DNA of 63,399 nucleotides, filler included, from Chiloscyllium plagiosum (GCF_004010195.1; 5 parts of one record of this genome joined end to end with filler, not necessarily neighbours in it); one strand, 5' to 3'; counted from the first letter of the whole stretch, positions 11,286 through 23,699 are shown. A program made the numbers and translations. Notes: generated from the sequence alone by a model not told the origin.

Positions 11286-12509
11286 ATTATAATAGAGAAA
11301 TTGTGTTGTGGAAATTGATGTGAAGGCCGATTAATCCTTAGAGTCTGATGATCTACATCCCAAAGTACTTGAGGAAGTGACCCGAGAAATAGTGGCAGTC
11401 AGCTTCCAAGATCTGGGACAGTTCATACAGATCGAAGGGTAGCTGATATAACCCCGCTATTTAAAAAAGGAGATTGAGAGAATGCCGGGAATTCTAAGCC
11501 AGTGAGTCTGACATCGATCGTGGGGAAAATGCGAGAGTCTGTTATAAAAGACTGATTAGCAGAGCACTTAGAAAACAGTGACCGGGTGGAACACAGTCAG
11601 CTTGGCTTTACAAAACAGAAATCATTGTTGACAAATCTACTGGAATTGTTCAAGGATGTAACTAGTAGATTTGACAAGGGGGAGCCAGTGAATGTGGTTT
11701 AGCTGGATTTTCAAAAGGCTTTCGATAAGGTCCCACATAAAATTAAAATTAATGTATGTGAGATTGAAGGTAGTGTACAGGCATGAATAGAGAACTGGTT
11801 GGCAGACAGGAAACAAATAATAGAAATAAACGGGCCTCTATTTCTAGGACCACTTCCTCCGGGATGTGGATCATCAGACCCTGAGGATTTATCGGCCTTT
11901 AATCACATCAATTTCCCTAACACAGTTTCTCTCCTAAAGTAAAACGAAAAACTGCCGATGCGGGAAATCTGAAACAAAAACAGAAATTGCTGACGAAATT
12001 CAGCAGGTATAGCAGCATCTGTGGGAAGAAAGCACAGAGATAATGTTTCCAGTCTAGTGAATCTTCATCAGGTCACTGCTGCTTGCATCATTTCTTGACT
12101 AATGCAGGTTTCCTTGAGTGGATTCCTCTTTCCAGACCCTGAGTTCACCAACATTTTGTTTCTGTCTTCCTTTCTGAAGGGGCAGGCAGTACCTAGTGAG
12201 GTACCACAGGAATCAGTGTTTGGATCCTAGCTATTCACATATATATTAATGATTTCAATAAGGGAACTGAATAGAAAGTCTCCAAGTCTGTGAATGATCC
12301 AATGCTGGGTAGGAGGGTGAGCTGTGAGGAGGATGCAGAAATGCTTTAGTGAGATTTGGGCAAGTTGAGTGAGTGAGCAAAAGCATGTGGATAAACATGA
12401 GGTTATAATTTTTACAGCAGAAACAGGAAGGCAAATTATTATCTGAATAGCAATAGTTTGCGAAATGGGAAGGTGCAACAAGGTCATGTACACCAGTTAC
12501 TGAGAGTAA

Positions 12510-13130
12510 GCAGAAACATAGAACTGCAAATGCTGGAAATCTGAAATACAACCAGAAATTGCTGGAAAAGCTCAGCTGGTCTGGCAGCGTCTGTGGAAAG
12601 AAAGCAGAGTTAATGTTTCAGGTCCAGTGTCCCTTCTTCAGAAATGACAATAGCTAGGAAAAGGTTGGTTTTTATGCTGAAGATAGGGAGTGAGGAGGGA
12701 GGAGGTGGGAAGTGAGTGAATGATAGGTGGAGATAGACCCAGAGAGAGAATAGCAGTTGGGCAGATAAAGGAATGGATGATGTCAAACTGGGGAGGAAGA
12801 GAAGCAGCTAACAAGGACCATTAGTTAGTGAAAATGTGTTGGCGGTGATGAAAGCAGCTTGTGTGATGACAAGGCTAGGGATAAAGGGCATGGAACAATG
12901 TGCTCAGGCCCTAATGTTATTGAACTCAGTATTGAGTCCTGAAGGCTGCCAGGTCTTTAAGCGGAAACTGAGATGCTGTTCTTCCAGCTTGCACTGACCT
13001 TCACTGGAGCACTGCAGCAAGCCTGAGACAGAGATGTTGACTGGGAAACACAGTGATGCATTGAAATGACAGGGAACTGGAAGCTTGGGGTGGTTTTTGC
13101 AAACAGAATGTAGGTGCAGCAGGCAGTGAA
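12510..13130 (-). mobile_element. Penelope-like element 3' portion with HHR at ~12608-12641
   Basis: Reverse strand KLEEQHLSFRL..QPSGLNTEFNNIR; ctgaagaagggacactggacctgaaacatt. Confidence 0.8.
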
Positions 13131-13539
13131 GGAGTCAAATAGTATGCTGTCTTCATAGCAAGTACATGAGCTGGAACGTCTTGCTGCAATTATACAAGGT
13201 CGTGGTGAGACCATCCCTGGAGCATTTTGTGCAGTCTTAGTCTCACTTTTGAAGGAAGGAACTGGATCATAGTCTAAGGATAGAGGCAGGCCATTTCGGA
13301 CTGAGATGAGGAGACGTGTCTTCACCCACCAGCTTGTGGAATCCTCTGCCACAGAAAGAGGTTGAGGCCAAACCATTGAATGTTACCAAGAGCAGTTAGA
13401 TACAAGTTATAGGTCTAAAGGAATCAAAGGGAGAAAATGGGAACAGGGTGCTAATTTGGATGATCAGCCATGATCATGCTGAGGGGTGGGACAGCCTCAA
13501 ACAGCTGAATAACTTAGTCCTGCTCCTAGGGCCTCTACT

Positions 13540-13890
13540 CTCTGGAAGTTAGGAGAATAAGGGAAGATCAAATTGAGGTATTCAAGATGATCAAAGGTGT
13601 GGATAAAATAGACATGGAGCGGATGCTTCCTGGTGTGGGGCATTCTAGGACGAGAGGATAACCTCAGCAAATTTAAAACAGAGTTGAGGTGAAACTCCTT
13701 CTCCCAGAGGGTTGTGAATCTGTGGAATTCACTGTCCCCAAAGTGCAGTGGATGCTGGGAGAATGAGAACATTTAAGGAGGAGTTAGACAATTTTTTTAT
13801 TGGCCATGGGTTGAAGCGACATGGGGAGAAGGCAGGAGCATGGCAGCCATGATCGAATGGCGGAGTAGACTCGATGGGCCGAATGGGATT
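13540..13890 (+). mobile_element. CR1 3' end
   Basis: EVFKMIKGVDKID...FSQRVVNLWNSL. Confidence 0.8.
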
Positions 13891-14428
13891 CAGTCGTTCC
13901 GAGTGTGGAAATCTTTGGGATCCTCAAACCCAGATGGCTGTGGAAGCTTAATCCTTGAAGATTTCCAAGTCAAAAGTCAATTGATTTCTGGATATTGATG
14001 ACGTCAAGGGGTTTGAGGATAATGAACAAAACCAGTGTCGAGGTCGGTGATCAGCCCTGATCTATTTGGATGGCTGAGCTGTCCCAAGCAGTGGAGAAAC
14101 AGCTTACTCCTGCTCTAATTTCTGATGTTCCTCAGTGGCATTTAAGGGTCAACCTTAAGAACAAGAATGGCAGAGTTTTGTCCCTGTCAATCTCTTTGGT
14201 CTTCGCAACAATCTGGCAGCTTAGTGGTTTCTTTTGTAGCAAAGAACAAAACAACAGGAGAAGGCCAATCTGCCCATCAAGCTTGTCCTGCCATTCAATC
14301 TGAGCATGGCTGATTGAACACTTCAATGTCTCTTACCTGCCCCAACCCCAGAATGTCTACTTTACTTACAGTCTCTACCTTACACTGAGCTTCCTCAGCT
14401 TTCTGTGATAGGGAATTCCAAGGGTTCA

Positions 14429-15330
14429 TGCAATAACTGCACAGGGGCTGGTATTCCCATCACCAAGTCATCCTTTATCTACTGGTGAACAGTATACTCG
14501 CCATGGCCAGCCAGCTAGGAGTCAGTCCCTGAAGTGAGGAGATTCTGAATCCCTTGTTTATTTATTTCTTTTTTAATTTTATTAAACAATACAGTTTACA
14601 AACAATTAACATTAACAGCGGTAAAAACAATGACTGCAGATGCTGGAAACCAGATTCTGGATCAGTGGTGCTGGAAGAGCACAGCAATTCAGGCAGCATC
14701 CGAGGACAGGCAAAATCCCTCGGATGCTGCCTGAATTGCTGTGCTCTTCCAGCACCACTGATCCAGAATCCCATCACCAAGTCATCCTTTATCTACTGGT
14801 GAACAGTACACTCGCCATGGCCAGCCAGCTAGGAGTCAGTCCCTGAAGTGAGGAGATTTTGAATCCCTTGTTTATTTATTTATTTTTTAATTTTATTAAA
14901 CAGTACAGTTTACAAACAATTAACATTAACAGCTGTATACAGAGAAACAGCAATTTTACAAGGGAGAGGAGCGACAAAGCCAGGCCCCAAATTCCACTGT
15001 TCAACCAGTTTTCAGGGAAATGAGGGCAAACCTCAAATCCCACTTTCAGTCATCACAAAACAGTAACAGTAACAAACACATATAAGACAGTCCAGTTAGA
15101 TAAGAAACAGTGCATAGAATATAGAACCCCCCGCCCCCAGCAACCCAGTAAGCCCCCATCCCTCCCACCTTCCAGCCACCTCTAGGACAGCCCGTCCTGT
15201 TTCCCCAACCCAACACCCCTCCCCCCCTCCAAGGATGACAGCGATCAGGACGGGCCTACCCACCCACCTTCTGGCTTAATCTCTAGTTTATATCTGTCAG
15301 TCAGGACTCCCTGTTTGGCTCAGGTTAACA
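14429..15330 (-). mobile_element. LTR-like repeat carrying a LINE 3' UTR insertion (14876-15285) and a PLE mini-element
   Basis: Minus-strand ataaaggatgacttggtgatggg...gttattgca end; T-rich LINE tail; gtttat TSD at 14870-14875 and 15286-15291. Confidence 0.5.
14620..14770 (-). mobile_element. PLE-derived fold-back mini-element
   Basis: Perfect 53-bp inverted arms at 14653-14705 and 14718-14770; flanked by a 165-bp direct repeat. Confidence 0.85.
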
Positions 15331-15331
15331 A

Positions 15332-15590
15332 TCATAGAGTCATAGAGATGTACAGCACGGAAACTGACCCTTTNNNNNNNNNNNNNNNNNNNNNNNNNNN
15401 NNNNNNNNNNNNNNNNNTTAATTAATTAANNNNNNNNNNNNNNNNNNNNNNNNNNNNNNNNNNNNNNNNNNNNGGGGGTAATCCAGATATTACTATTCTC
15501 GAGGACCTCCTTTTTAAATTCCTGCCTAACTCTCTGTAATCTCTCTTCAGAATCTCAACCTTTTCCCTTCCTATGTTGTTGGTTCCAATC
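15332..15590 (-). mobile_element. CR1 pieces across a gap (3' tail and ORF1 esterase fragment)
   Basis: catagagtcatagag tail; IGTNNIGREKVEILKRDYRELG. Confidence 0.8.
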
Positions 15591-15634
15591 CCCAAATCAA
15601 GGAGCTCATAGTCAGTAAGATCCACCCGGTCCAA

Positions 15635-15970
15635 TCACTACAGTTCACAACCCTCTGAGTAAGATACTTCTGCCCCATCTTGAACCCAAATGGCATGCTC
15701 CTTATATTTAACTCGTGTCTCCTGTTTATAGACACCCCAACCATTTTACCTGCATCTGGCCTGTCTGTCCCTCTGAGTGTTTTACCAGTTTCAAAGATAT
15801 CACCTCTCATTTTTCCGGCTCAATACAGGCCCGTTTTCCCATCACTCTTCCTAGGTCAGTCCCATCATCCCAGAAACAAGTCTGTAGGATCCTTGATTTA
15901 CCCCTTTTCTGGTAATAATATTTTTCCTGAGATGTGGAACCCAACACTGCACACAGTGCTCCAGTGACCT
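15635..15970 (-). mobile_element. Decayed CR1 3' region
   Basis: LEHCVQCWVPHLRK and YLTQRVVN motifs. Confidence 0.7.
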
Positions 15971-16811
15971 GTTGATTCCAGATTTTGGCACTGAGTTCTC
16001 ACACTCAACTTTCAGTTTTGTGAACTTGCCTTCAACGTCTGATACGTACTGTCCCATAATTGTTGGTCGTTAAGTAAACTATTTCAGAGTTTATTGAAGT
16101 TTGACCATATTTTGTACTCTCTGTATTATTGTTCAATGTTGAATGCACACTTTGTTAAGGCGAGTTACACATCACCCAGTTTACACTTTAACTGCATCGT
16201 TCATTCCCTTGTGTAATTGTCTGTATTCTCTCCTCTGTCAGCAACGTCTTCCTCCTACTTTTACTGTAGGTTCTCCTCTCTGCGATGTCCTCTCGATTCT
16301 GTCAGTTTTATTTTAAGCTCCCCTCTCTGTTATTGTATCAGGAAATGAGATATCACAAAAGGAGACATTCGGTCAATTATGCCTGTACCAACCCTTACTC
16401 ATGTTTGTTCTTTTCCTACAGTCTGACCATTTTTTCTCCTTTAAATATTCATCTGATTCCTGGTGAAGTTACTATTTCAGGTTATGACAACTCAGTGTTT
16501 CATTTTACGTTTCCTTACCTCTCCTCTGGTCCTTATGCCTATCAATGTGTCTTCTGGTTATTGAGCCTCCTGCCCAGAAGAAATGGTTTCTCCTTGAAGT
16601 ACTCTGCCCAAGTCCCAATGATTTTTGAGACCTTTGTTAAATCTCCACTTAACACTTTCTGTTCTAATGAGGACAGCCCCAGCTTCACGAGTAGCTGTCT
16701 GGTATTGACATGCTGTGTCCCTGATACAATCTGAGCAAATCTTCTCTGCTCAAGTCTCCAAGGCCTTGACATACTTCCGAAAGTGTACTTCCAAGAACTC
16801 AACAGATACTT

Positions 16812-17358
16812 TTAAAAAATTCATTCACAGGATGAGTGCGTCGCTGGCCTGGCAGCATTTATTGCCCATCCCTAATTGCCCAGAGGGCAGTTAAGAGTCA
16901 ACCACATTATTGTGGGTCTGGAGTCTCATGTTAGTCAGACCAGGCAAGGATGGCAGTTTCCTTCCCTAAAGGATATTCGTGAACCGGTTGGGAGTTTTCC
17001 AACAATTATCATCATTAGATTCTTAAATCCAGATTTTTTCTGAAGTCAAATTCCACAATGGGGGGATTTGAACCCTAGCCCCTCAGAGCATAACCTGAAT
17101 TTCTGCATTAATTATTATTAGATTCCTTACAATGTGGAAACAGGACCTTCGGCCCAACAAGTCCACACCGTCCCTCCAAAGAGTAACCCACCCAGACCCA
17201 TTTCCCTCTGATTAATGCACCTAACACTATGGGCAATTTAGCATGGCCAATTCACCTGACCTGCATGTCTTTGGAGTGTGGGAGGAAACCAGAGGAAACC
17301 CACGCAGACATGGTGAGAATGTGCAGTCCAGTGATTATACCACTAGGCTATTGCCTCC
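16812..17358 (-). mobile_element. tRNA-derived SINE (second family) with nested HE1-type SINE at ~17112-17325
   Basis: Tail aaaaattcattcac...cagcatttattgcccatccc; head ataccactaggctattgcctcc; HE1 3' half inserted within the head. Confidence 0.8.
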
Positions 17359-18254
17359 CCATAATGTGAGACATTACTCTGGCCAGGGCCTCATGTGCAT
17401 TTTATTAAGGTTTTGCATGACTTTCTTGTTTTTGTATTCTGCCACTATTTATAAATTGATGGATCCCATATGTCGCGATGACAGAAGCAAAAACAGAGGT
17501 TGCTGGAAAAGCTCAGCAGGCCTGGCAGCATCTGTGGAGAGAAATCATGGACGGGAGGGTATGACTACAGGTGAGACAGGTATGAGGACTCTGGGGTTAA
17601 AATTGAGGAGCCTCAGCCCCATAAAATGTCCAGTAGTTACAGGCTTCTTGCAAGCTATGTGGACGAGAGTGGGGACTGTAGAGATGATAAGCAAACTGAC
17701 CACTGCACCTTGTTATTCGAGTGGAAGAAGGAAATCAGAATTGTAGTGATTGGAGGGGAACAGTGTAATTAGGAGGATAGGTACTGTCCTCTGCATCCAT
17801 GAGCAGGAATCCCAGAGGCTGTGTGACCTCCCCAGTGTCAGAATTAAGGACATCTCCTCAGGGCTGGAGAGGGAGGGGAGAGATTCAGCTCTTTCATCCG
17901 CATTGGCTCCGACGACATTGATAGGATGAGAAAGGAGGTTCTACTGAAAGACTTTGAACAGTTAGGAGCTACATTACAATACAGAACCTGCAGGGTAGTA
18001 ATCTCAGGATTACTCCCTGAGCCACAGGCAAACTGGCATCGGGTAAATAAAGTCATGGAGGTTAATGTATGGCCTAAAGATTGATGTGCAAGGAATGGGT
18101 TTGAGTTCATGGGACACTAGTACCAGTACTGAGGCAGAAGGGAGCTGTTCTTGTGGAATGAACTTCACTTGAACCGAGTAGGGACCAGTGTCCTGGTGAA
18201 TTGAGTAACTATGGCTGTAGAGAAGTTTTTAAACTAATTAGACGGCAGAGGGAG

Positions 18255-18887
18255 TGTGATGATAGTGTGGATTTAGGAGGTGTATTTTGTCCTTTCTTTA
18301 TGAAGAAAGGTTGAGACAGAGGTGCTGAACAACTTGTTCCAAGCCAATAAAGTAAACAGCTTGTGTAGCCTTGCGTTTTCTTTTTTCTATTTGGAACAAT
18401 AGAAACAGCCTGAATGGTGGGATTAAGCTCCCACAGAAACATGGTTTTTAGTTTTAGATTTCTGCATTTGCTGGAGTCTTGATGCGAGAGCTCTTATTCC
18501 TCTCTCTGTTACAACTAAAAGCTGGGGCTCCCTTCCTGCTACTAGAATTGCATGCGAGACAATCTATTTTACTGAATTTGCCTTTGCCAAGGGTGTGTTT
18601 CTGGGATGCTGCTAGGTTGGAACAGTTTATTAGTATTAGTTACTATATATATTGTTTTGTTAAGCATTTCAATAGAGTGCCATTTAATGTAATTCTTTTG
18701 TTTTATTTTTATTCTGTCAGTTTTTTAACTGTAGTGTAAAAATAAAGTATGTTTTGCTGAGAGTTGGATATTTTGGTCAACTGAATTGCATCTGGAAGGG
18801 AACACCTTACATTTACCTTGAAAATAAGAAAAAGCTAGGGTCTAGTCTACCTTCTGAATGTATTTTGAGGGGGTCTGGTCCATTGCA
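18255..18887 (+). mobile_element. Candidate solo LTR
   Basis: ~630-bp insert in the CR1, bounded by TG...CA with AATAAA near 18741; flanks ggag/agag form an imperfect 4-bp TSD. Confidence 0.45.
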
Positions 18888-18942
18888 AGAGGAGAAGAGA
18901 ATATGGCAGCTTTATAGATCATCTGGGATAATGATACTAGAT

Positions 18943-19412
18943 TAGAGTGGTGCTGGAAAAGTGCAGCAGGTCAGGCAGCATCCGAGGAGCAGGGAAATCG
19001 ACATTTTGGGCAAAAGCCCTTCATCAGGAATGATGGCAGGGAGCATCCGGGGTGGAGAGATAAATGGGAGGGAGGTGGGGCTGGGGAGAAGGTAGCCAAG
19101 AGTACAATAGGTGGATAGAGATGGGGATGGAGGTGATAGGTTAGAGAGGAGGATGGAGTGGATAGGTGGGAAGGGAGATTGGCAGGTAGGACAGGTCTGG
19201 ATTGAATGTAGTCCGGAGTCCACGTGGGATCAGTTATTTGTGGAGGCAGGCACTGAGGTAGCAGATGTGGCTTGTGGTAGCGGGTCTGTTTCAGGACATG
19301 GTTGAAGAGCTTCAGGTCAGAGGAGATGACCTGGGGATTGCAGTGAGAGAGAGAGACTCACTGAAATCCTTGTGGAGAGAGGAGGAGAGCTTCTTCAAGG
19401 TAGGCATCCTTG
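18943..19412 (-). mobile_element. PLE fragments: 3' UTR with HHR (18997-19029) and ORF N-terminal piece
   Basis: Reverse tcctgatgaagggcttttgcccaaaatgtcg; FNHVLKQTRYH-like translation. Confidence 0.75.
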
Positions 19413-21029
19413 CTACCCAGAGTAGGATGGGGAGAGTCAGAATATACAAACATAGAAAAACAGCAGTAAACAGGCTCAAAGGGGGGAGATGGTGAAACAG
19501 GAAAATTAAGTTTTTTTCCTTGATTTATTGTAGTATCCAGAACAAAATAAATAAATTAACTGCATAAATACAGCTTATTATGTATAATCTATAACCATTA
19601 TGGAGACATAGCTTACGAGGAGACCAAAGCTGGGAACTAAATATTCAGGGTTATGTGATTTTCTAAAGGACAGACAGGAAGGGAAGGGAAGGGAAATGGG
19701 GCAGCATTGTTGATATGGGATATTAAATCCGAGAGCAAGAATTGAACTTGGAACAGAAGATGTAGAATTCGTTTGGGTGGACGTAAGAAACAACAAGGGG
19801 AAGAAGATATGGGTAGGAGTTGTCTAGGGGATGACTAATAATAGTTGGACAGAGATTAAATCAGGAGATTATGAGGTCATGAGAAAACGCAATACATCAG
19901 TTATAGGTGACTTTAATCTTCATGTAGACTGGGATAGTCAGATTGGTAGAGGAAGGCATGAGGAAATATTCATAGAGTGTATTCAGGACTGTTTCTGGGA
20001 CAATGAGTTATGTATCTAACCAGGGATCAGGTAGATTAGATTTGATGATGTGTAATGAAATGTAACTAATGTCAGCATAATGTCACTTGGCTACAGTGAT
20101 CATAACATGGTATAAATTAGCATTCAGTTTGAGAGGGAGGAACGTGGGTCAGAAACAACCGTGCTAAACCAAATAAGGGTAATTACAAAGGAGTAAAGGT
20201 AGGGCCGGCTGGAGTGGACGAGGGAAAGGGGTTTAACAGCAAAGATGGTTGAGAAATGTTGGCAGATATTTGAGAAAATAGTACATGGCTCACAAGAAAG
20301 ATACATCCTGGTGTTAAAGAAGGACTTTAGGAATGAGATAACCAAGGTTAAGCTGGGAAGTTAAGGACAACATTAAATTATAAGATAAAGATATACAATG
20401 TGGAAAGCATTAACGGTCAGCTTGAAGACTGGGAAAGTTTTAAAAACAAACAAAAATGCACCCAGAAAAGAAGGTCAAATAAAGAAAGAGAAGAAAATTT
20501 TGAGATTATATTTGTAACTAAAATCAAAATGGATAGCAATTTTTTTTTAATTATAAGAAAGTTAAAAATGAAAGTGAACATAGGTCCCCTTAAAGGGCAA
20601 GAAAAATAGGGAACAAGGAATTGTCGGGGCAGCTAACGTAGAACGTAGAACATTATAGTGCACTACAGGCTCTTCGGCCCTCGATGGTTCCAGGGTGGCA
20701 CAACAATCTGAAGCCCATCTAACCGACACTATTCCATTCTCATCCATATGTCTATCCAATGACCATTTAAATGCCCTTAAAGTTGGCAGTCTGTGATTGT
20801 TGCAGGCAGTGTGTTCCACACCCCTTACTACTCTCTGAGTAAAGAAACTACGTCTGACATCTGTCCTATATCTATTACCCCTCATGCTAGCCATCACCAT
20901 CCGAGGAAAAGGTCTCTCACTGTCCACCTTATCTAACCCTCTGATTGTCTTATTACCTCTCAACCTTCTTCTGTCTCATGAAAACAGCCTCAAGTCTCTC
21001 AGCCTTTCCTTGTAAGACATTCCCTCTAT

Positions 21030-21162
21030 ACCTGATGAAGGGCTTTTGCCCGAAACGTCGATTTTCCTGCTCCTCTGATGCTGCCTGACCTGCTGTGTTT
21101 TTCCAGCACCACTCTGACCTAGACTCTGATTTCCAGCATCTGCAGTCCTTGTTTTTATCTAA
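21030..21162 (+). mobile_element. HHR mini-element inserted in CR1
   Basis: TSD tccctctat at 21021-21029 and 21163-21171. Confidence 0.85.
21032..21059 (+). ncRNA. Minimal type I hammerhead ribozyme, intact core
   Basis: CUGAUGA-A-GGGC-UUUU-GCCC-GAAA-C-GUC: catalytic core, stem II and GUC cleavage triplet. Confidence 0.85.
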
Positions 21163-21489
21163 TCCCTCTATTCCAGGCAACATCCTAGTAAATCTCCTCT
21201 GAGCCCTTTACAAAGCTCCCATATCCTTCCTGTAATAGAAACATAGAATCATCAAAAAGTATAGCACAGAACAGGCCCTTCGGCCCACGATGTTGTACCG
21301 AGGATTATTCCTAATCTAAAATAAAATAACCTAACGTATGCACCCCTCAATTCACTGCTGTCCATGTTCATGTTTAACAGTCGCTTAAATGTTCATAATG
21401 ACTCTGCTTCCACCACCCACAGCTGGCAACGCATTCCATACATTCACAACTCTCTGCGTAAAGAACCTATCTCTGACGTCTCCTGTATG

Positions 21490-23107
21490 GAGAGTCGACA
21501 TGGCATAAGCCCTTCATCAGAAATGAGGCTTTTGGGCCATGGGGGCTGAAAGATAAATGAGACGTGGGTGGGGTTTGGGGGTAAGGTAGCTGAGAATGCG
21601 ATAGGTAGATGAAGGTGGGTGGGGGGAGATGGTGATAGGTTGGAGAGGAGGGTGGAGTGGACAGATTGGAAGGACGATGGACAGGTAGGACAGTTCAAGA
21701 AGGTGGTGCCGAGTTGGGAGGGTTGGATCTGGGATAAAGTGGTAGGAGGGGAATTAAGGAAACTGGTGAAATCCACATTGATCCTGTGTGGTTAGAGAGG
21801 CGTGGTAAGGGTGATAGACATTTGGCAGTGGAGGAGGTCCAGGACCTTAATGTCTTTGGGAGAGTGGGAGGGGGAGTTAAAGCAGTGAGGTTGTTTAGCA
21901 CGCGTGTCCCAGAGATGTTCTCTGAAGCATTCCGCAAGTATGCATCCTGTCTCCCCAGTGTAGAGGAGACTACATCGGGAGCAACGGATGCAGTAGATGA
22001 CGTGTGCGGAAGTGCAGGTAGATCTCTGTCTGATGTGGAAGGCTCCTTTGGGGCCTTGGACGGAGGTGAGGGTGGTGGTGTGGGCGCAGGTTTTGCAATT
22101 CGTGCGGTGACAGGGGAAGGTGCTGGGAGGGAGAGGGTGGGTTGGTGGGAGGAGTGGACCTGACAAGGGAGTCGCGGAGGGAATGGTCCCTGCGGAATGC
22201 AGATAGGGGTGGGGATAGAAATATATCTCTGGTGGTGAGGTCTGTTTGTAGGTTGCAGAAATGGCGGAGGATGGTGCGCTGTATATCATATTCCCACCCC
22301 CTCCCCCCCCCCTCCACACATTAACAGCACAGAGGTGGAACGAGTGGAGAGTGTCAAGCTCCTGGGGGTGGCCATCTACAACAAGCTTTCTTGGACTCTT
22401 CACGAAGACGCACTAGTTACAAAGGCCCAACAATGTCTCTTCTTCCTCAGGCAGCTGAGGAAATTTGGCATGACGGTGAATACCCTTGCCAACCTGTGCC
22501 ATCAAGAGCATTCTGTCTGGATGTATCACCACCTGGTATGACAACTGTACCATTCAGTTACAGAGAGTGGTGAACTCTGCCCAGACAATCACAAAGGCCA
22601 ACCTCCCATCTGTCGAATCCATCTACCAGGCCCGCTGTCAAGGAAAGACCACCAGCATTCTCAAAGATCCATCCCACCCTGGCAATGTTTTTCTACAACC
22701 TCTACCATCGGGGAGAGGATACAGAAACCTGAACACATGCACCAGCCGGTTTCGAAACAGTTTCTACCCTACGGTTGTTAGAATACTGAATGGACTCACA
22801 AACTCTGAACATTCGCCTGTGCCTGTGTTTTGGTTTTTGCTGCTGTTTACCTATTATTTACTATCTATGCTACTCAACTCTGTGATCTGCCTGTATCGCT
22901 CACAAGACAAAGCTTTTCACTGTGCCTCAGTACACATGACAATAAATTCAATTCAATTCAATTCAATTCGAATTCAATTCAGTACGGAGTTTGGTCGGGT
23001 GGAAGGTGAGGACCGGGGGGTCCTGTCCTTACTGCGATTGGAGGTGTGCGGTTGGACGGCAGAGGTGCGGGCAGTGGATGAGATGCTCTGGAGGGCATCA
23101 TCGACCT
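21490..23107 (-). mobile_element. Penelope-like (Neptune-type) element: linker, GIY-YIG and 3' UTR, split by Rex1
   Basis: PCHRTNCKTCAH...TCTSAHVIYCIRCSRCSLLYTGETG; sequence resumes at 22981. Confidence 0.85.
22310..22980 (+). mobile_element. Rex1/Babar LINE 3' portion
   Basis: KLLGV..LSW...KAQQCLFFLRQLRKFG...ILKDPSHP...PLPSGR...RNSFYP; (TTCAA)n tail. Confidence 0.85.
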
Positions 23108-23699
23108 TGGATTTACTAGCCCAGCGACCTTACCACTACCTCACCATTTCTCCAGATGAGTGCCTTTGAGCAACGGGGACAACCAGCCTCACCCCCAACA
23201 CCGAGTGCCAGCAGGCAACCCTATATTGGTGCCCATTTAAGGGCCCTGATTGGCTATGAGGTGGCATTGTTGCCCTTTCTACCACAGTGTGAATTGGCAT
23301 GGGGGGGGGGGGGCAAATGGTACCTGTCACTTGTCATGTTCCCACTGAGTGCACGGAGCGACTTGATGGAAAAAAATGACTGATCTTCCTCAATAACCCA
23401 ATCCTCTTGTGAAGTCAGACCCTCCTGACTATCTTGTAGGCTGTGGGCCCTATCTCCTCCAAATTTCAGTCACTCGTTAGGTCATTTTAACTTTCTGTCT
23501 GACAAGATCAGACCCATCTGTTCAGCAGGTGGGATTAGTTGAGAATGTCATCATGGCTGGTACAGATACATTGGGCCGAAGGGCCTGTTCCTGTGCTGTC
23601 CAATGTTCGACATGTTCTATTTAGCTGCTCCTTCAGGCAGTTATTTCTCTTTTGTCACTGACCAGAGCAGGCTGCCGTTAACACTAACTCCTTCTCAAT

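Larger units (their letters stand above)
10940..13500 (+). mobile_element. Decayed CR1 ORF2 (RT to 3' end) with nested insertions and an inverted duplication
   Basis: Degenerate QHGF/LTNLLE/DFQKAFDKVPH motifs at ~11590-11740; CR1 3' end near 13300-13500. Confidence 0.75.
17640..20620 (+). mobile_element. Old CR1 element (ORF1 SGNH esterase ~17730-18240, ORF2 APE ~19500-20620) with nested insertions
   Basis: Degenerate HIGSDDI/VVISGLLP esterase; IGDFNLHVDW and SDHNM APE motifs. Confidence 0.75.
20635..21485 (-). mobile_element. Two adjacent CR1 3' ends
   Basis: IRGLDKVDSERPFPR...FFTQRVV; agaac/atagaa tails. Confidence 0.8.

Noticed and set aside
15374..15473. TTAATTAATTAA inside N runs (also 44930, 50367, 56895)
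   Set aside because: Identical 44N+12+44N = 100-bp artificial scaffold spacer with stops in all frames; not biological and adjacency across it is uncertain.
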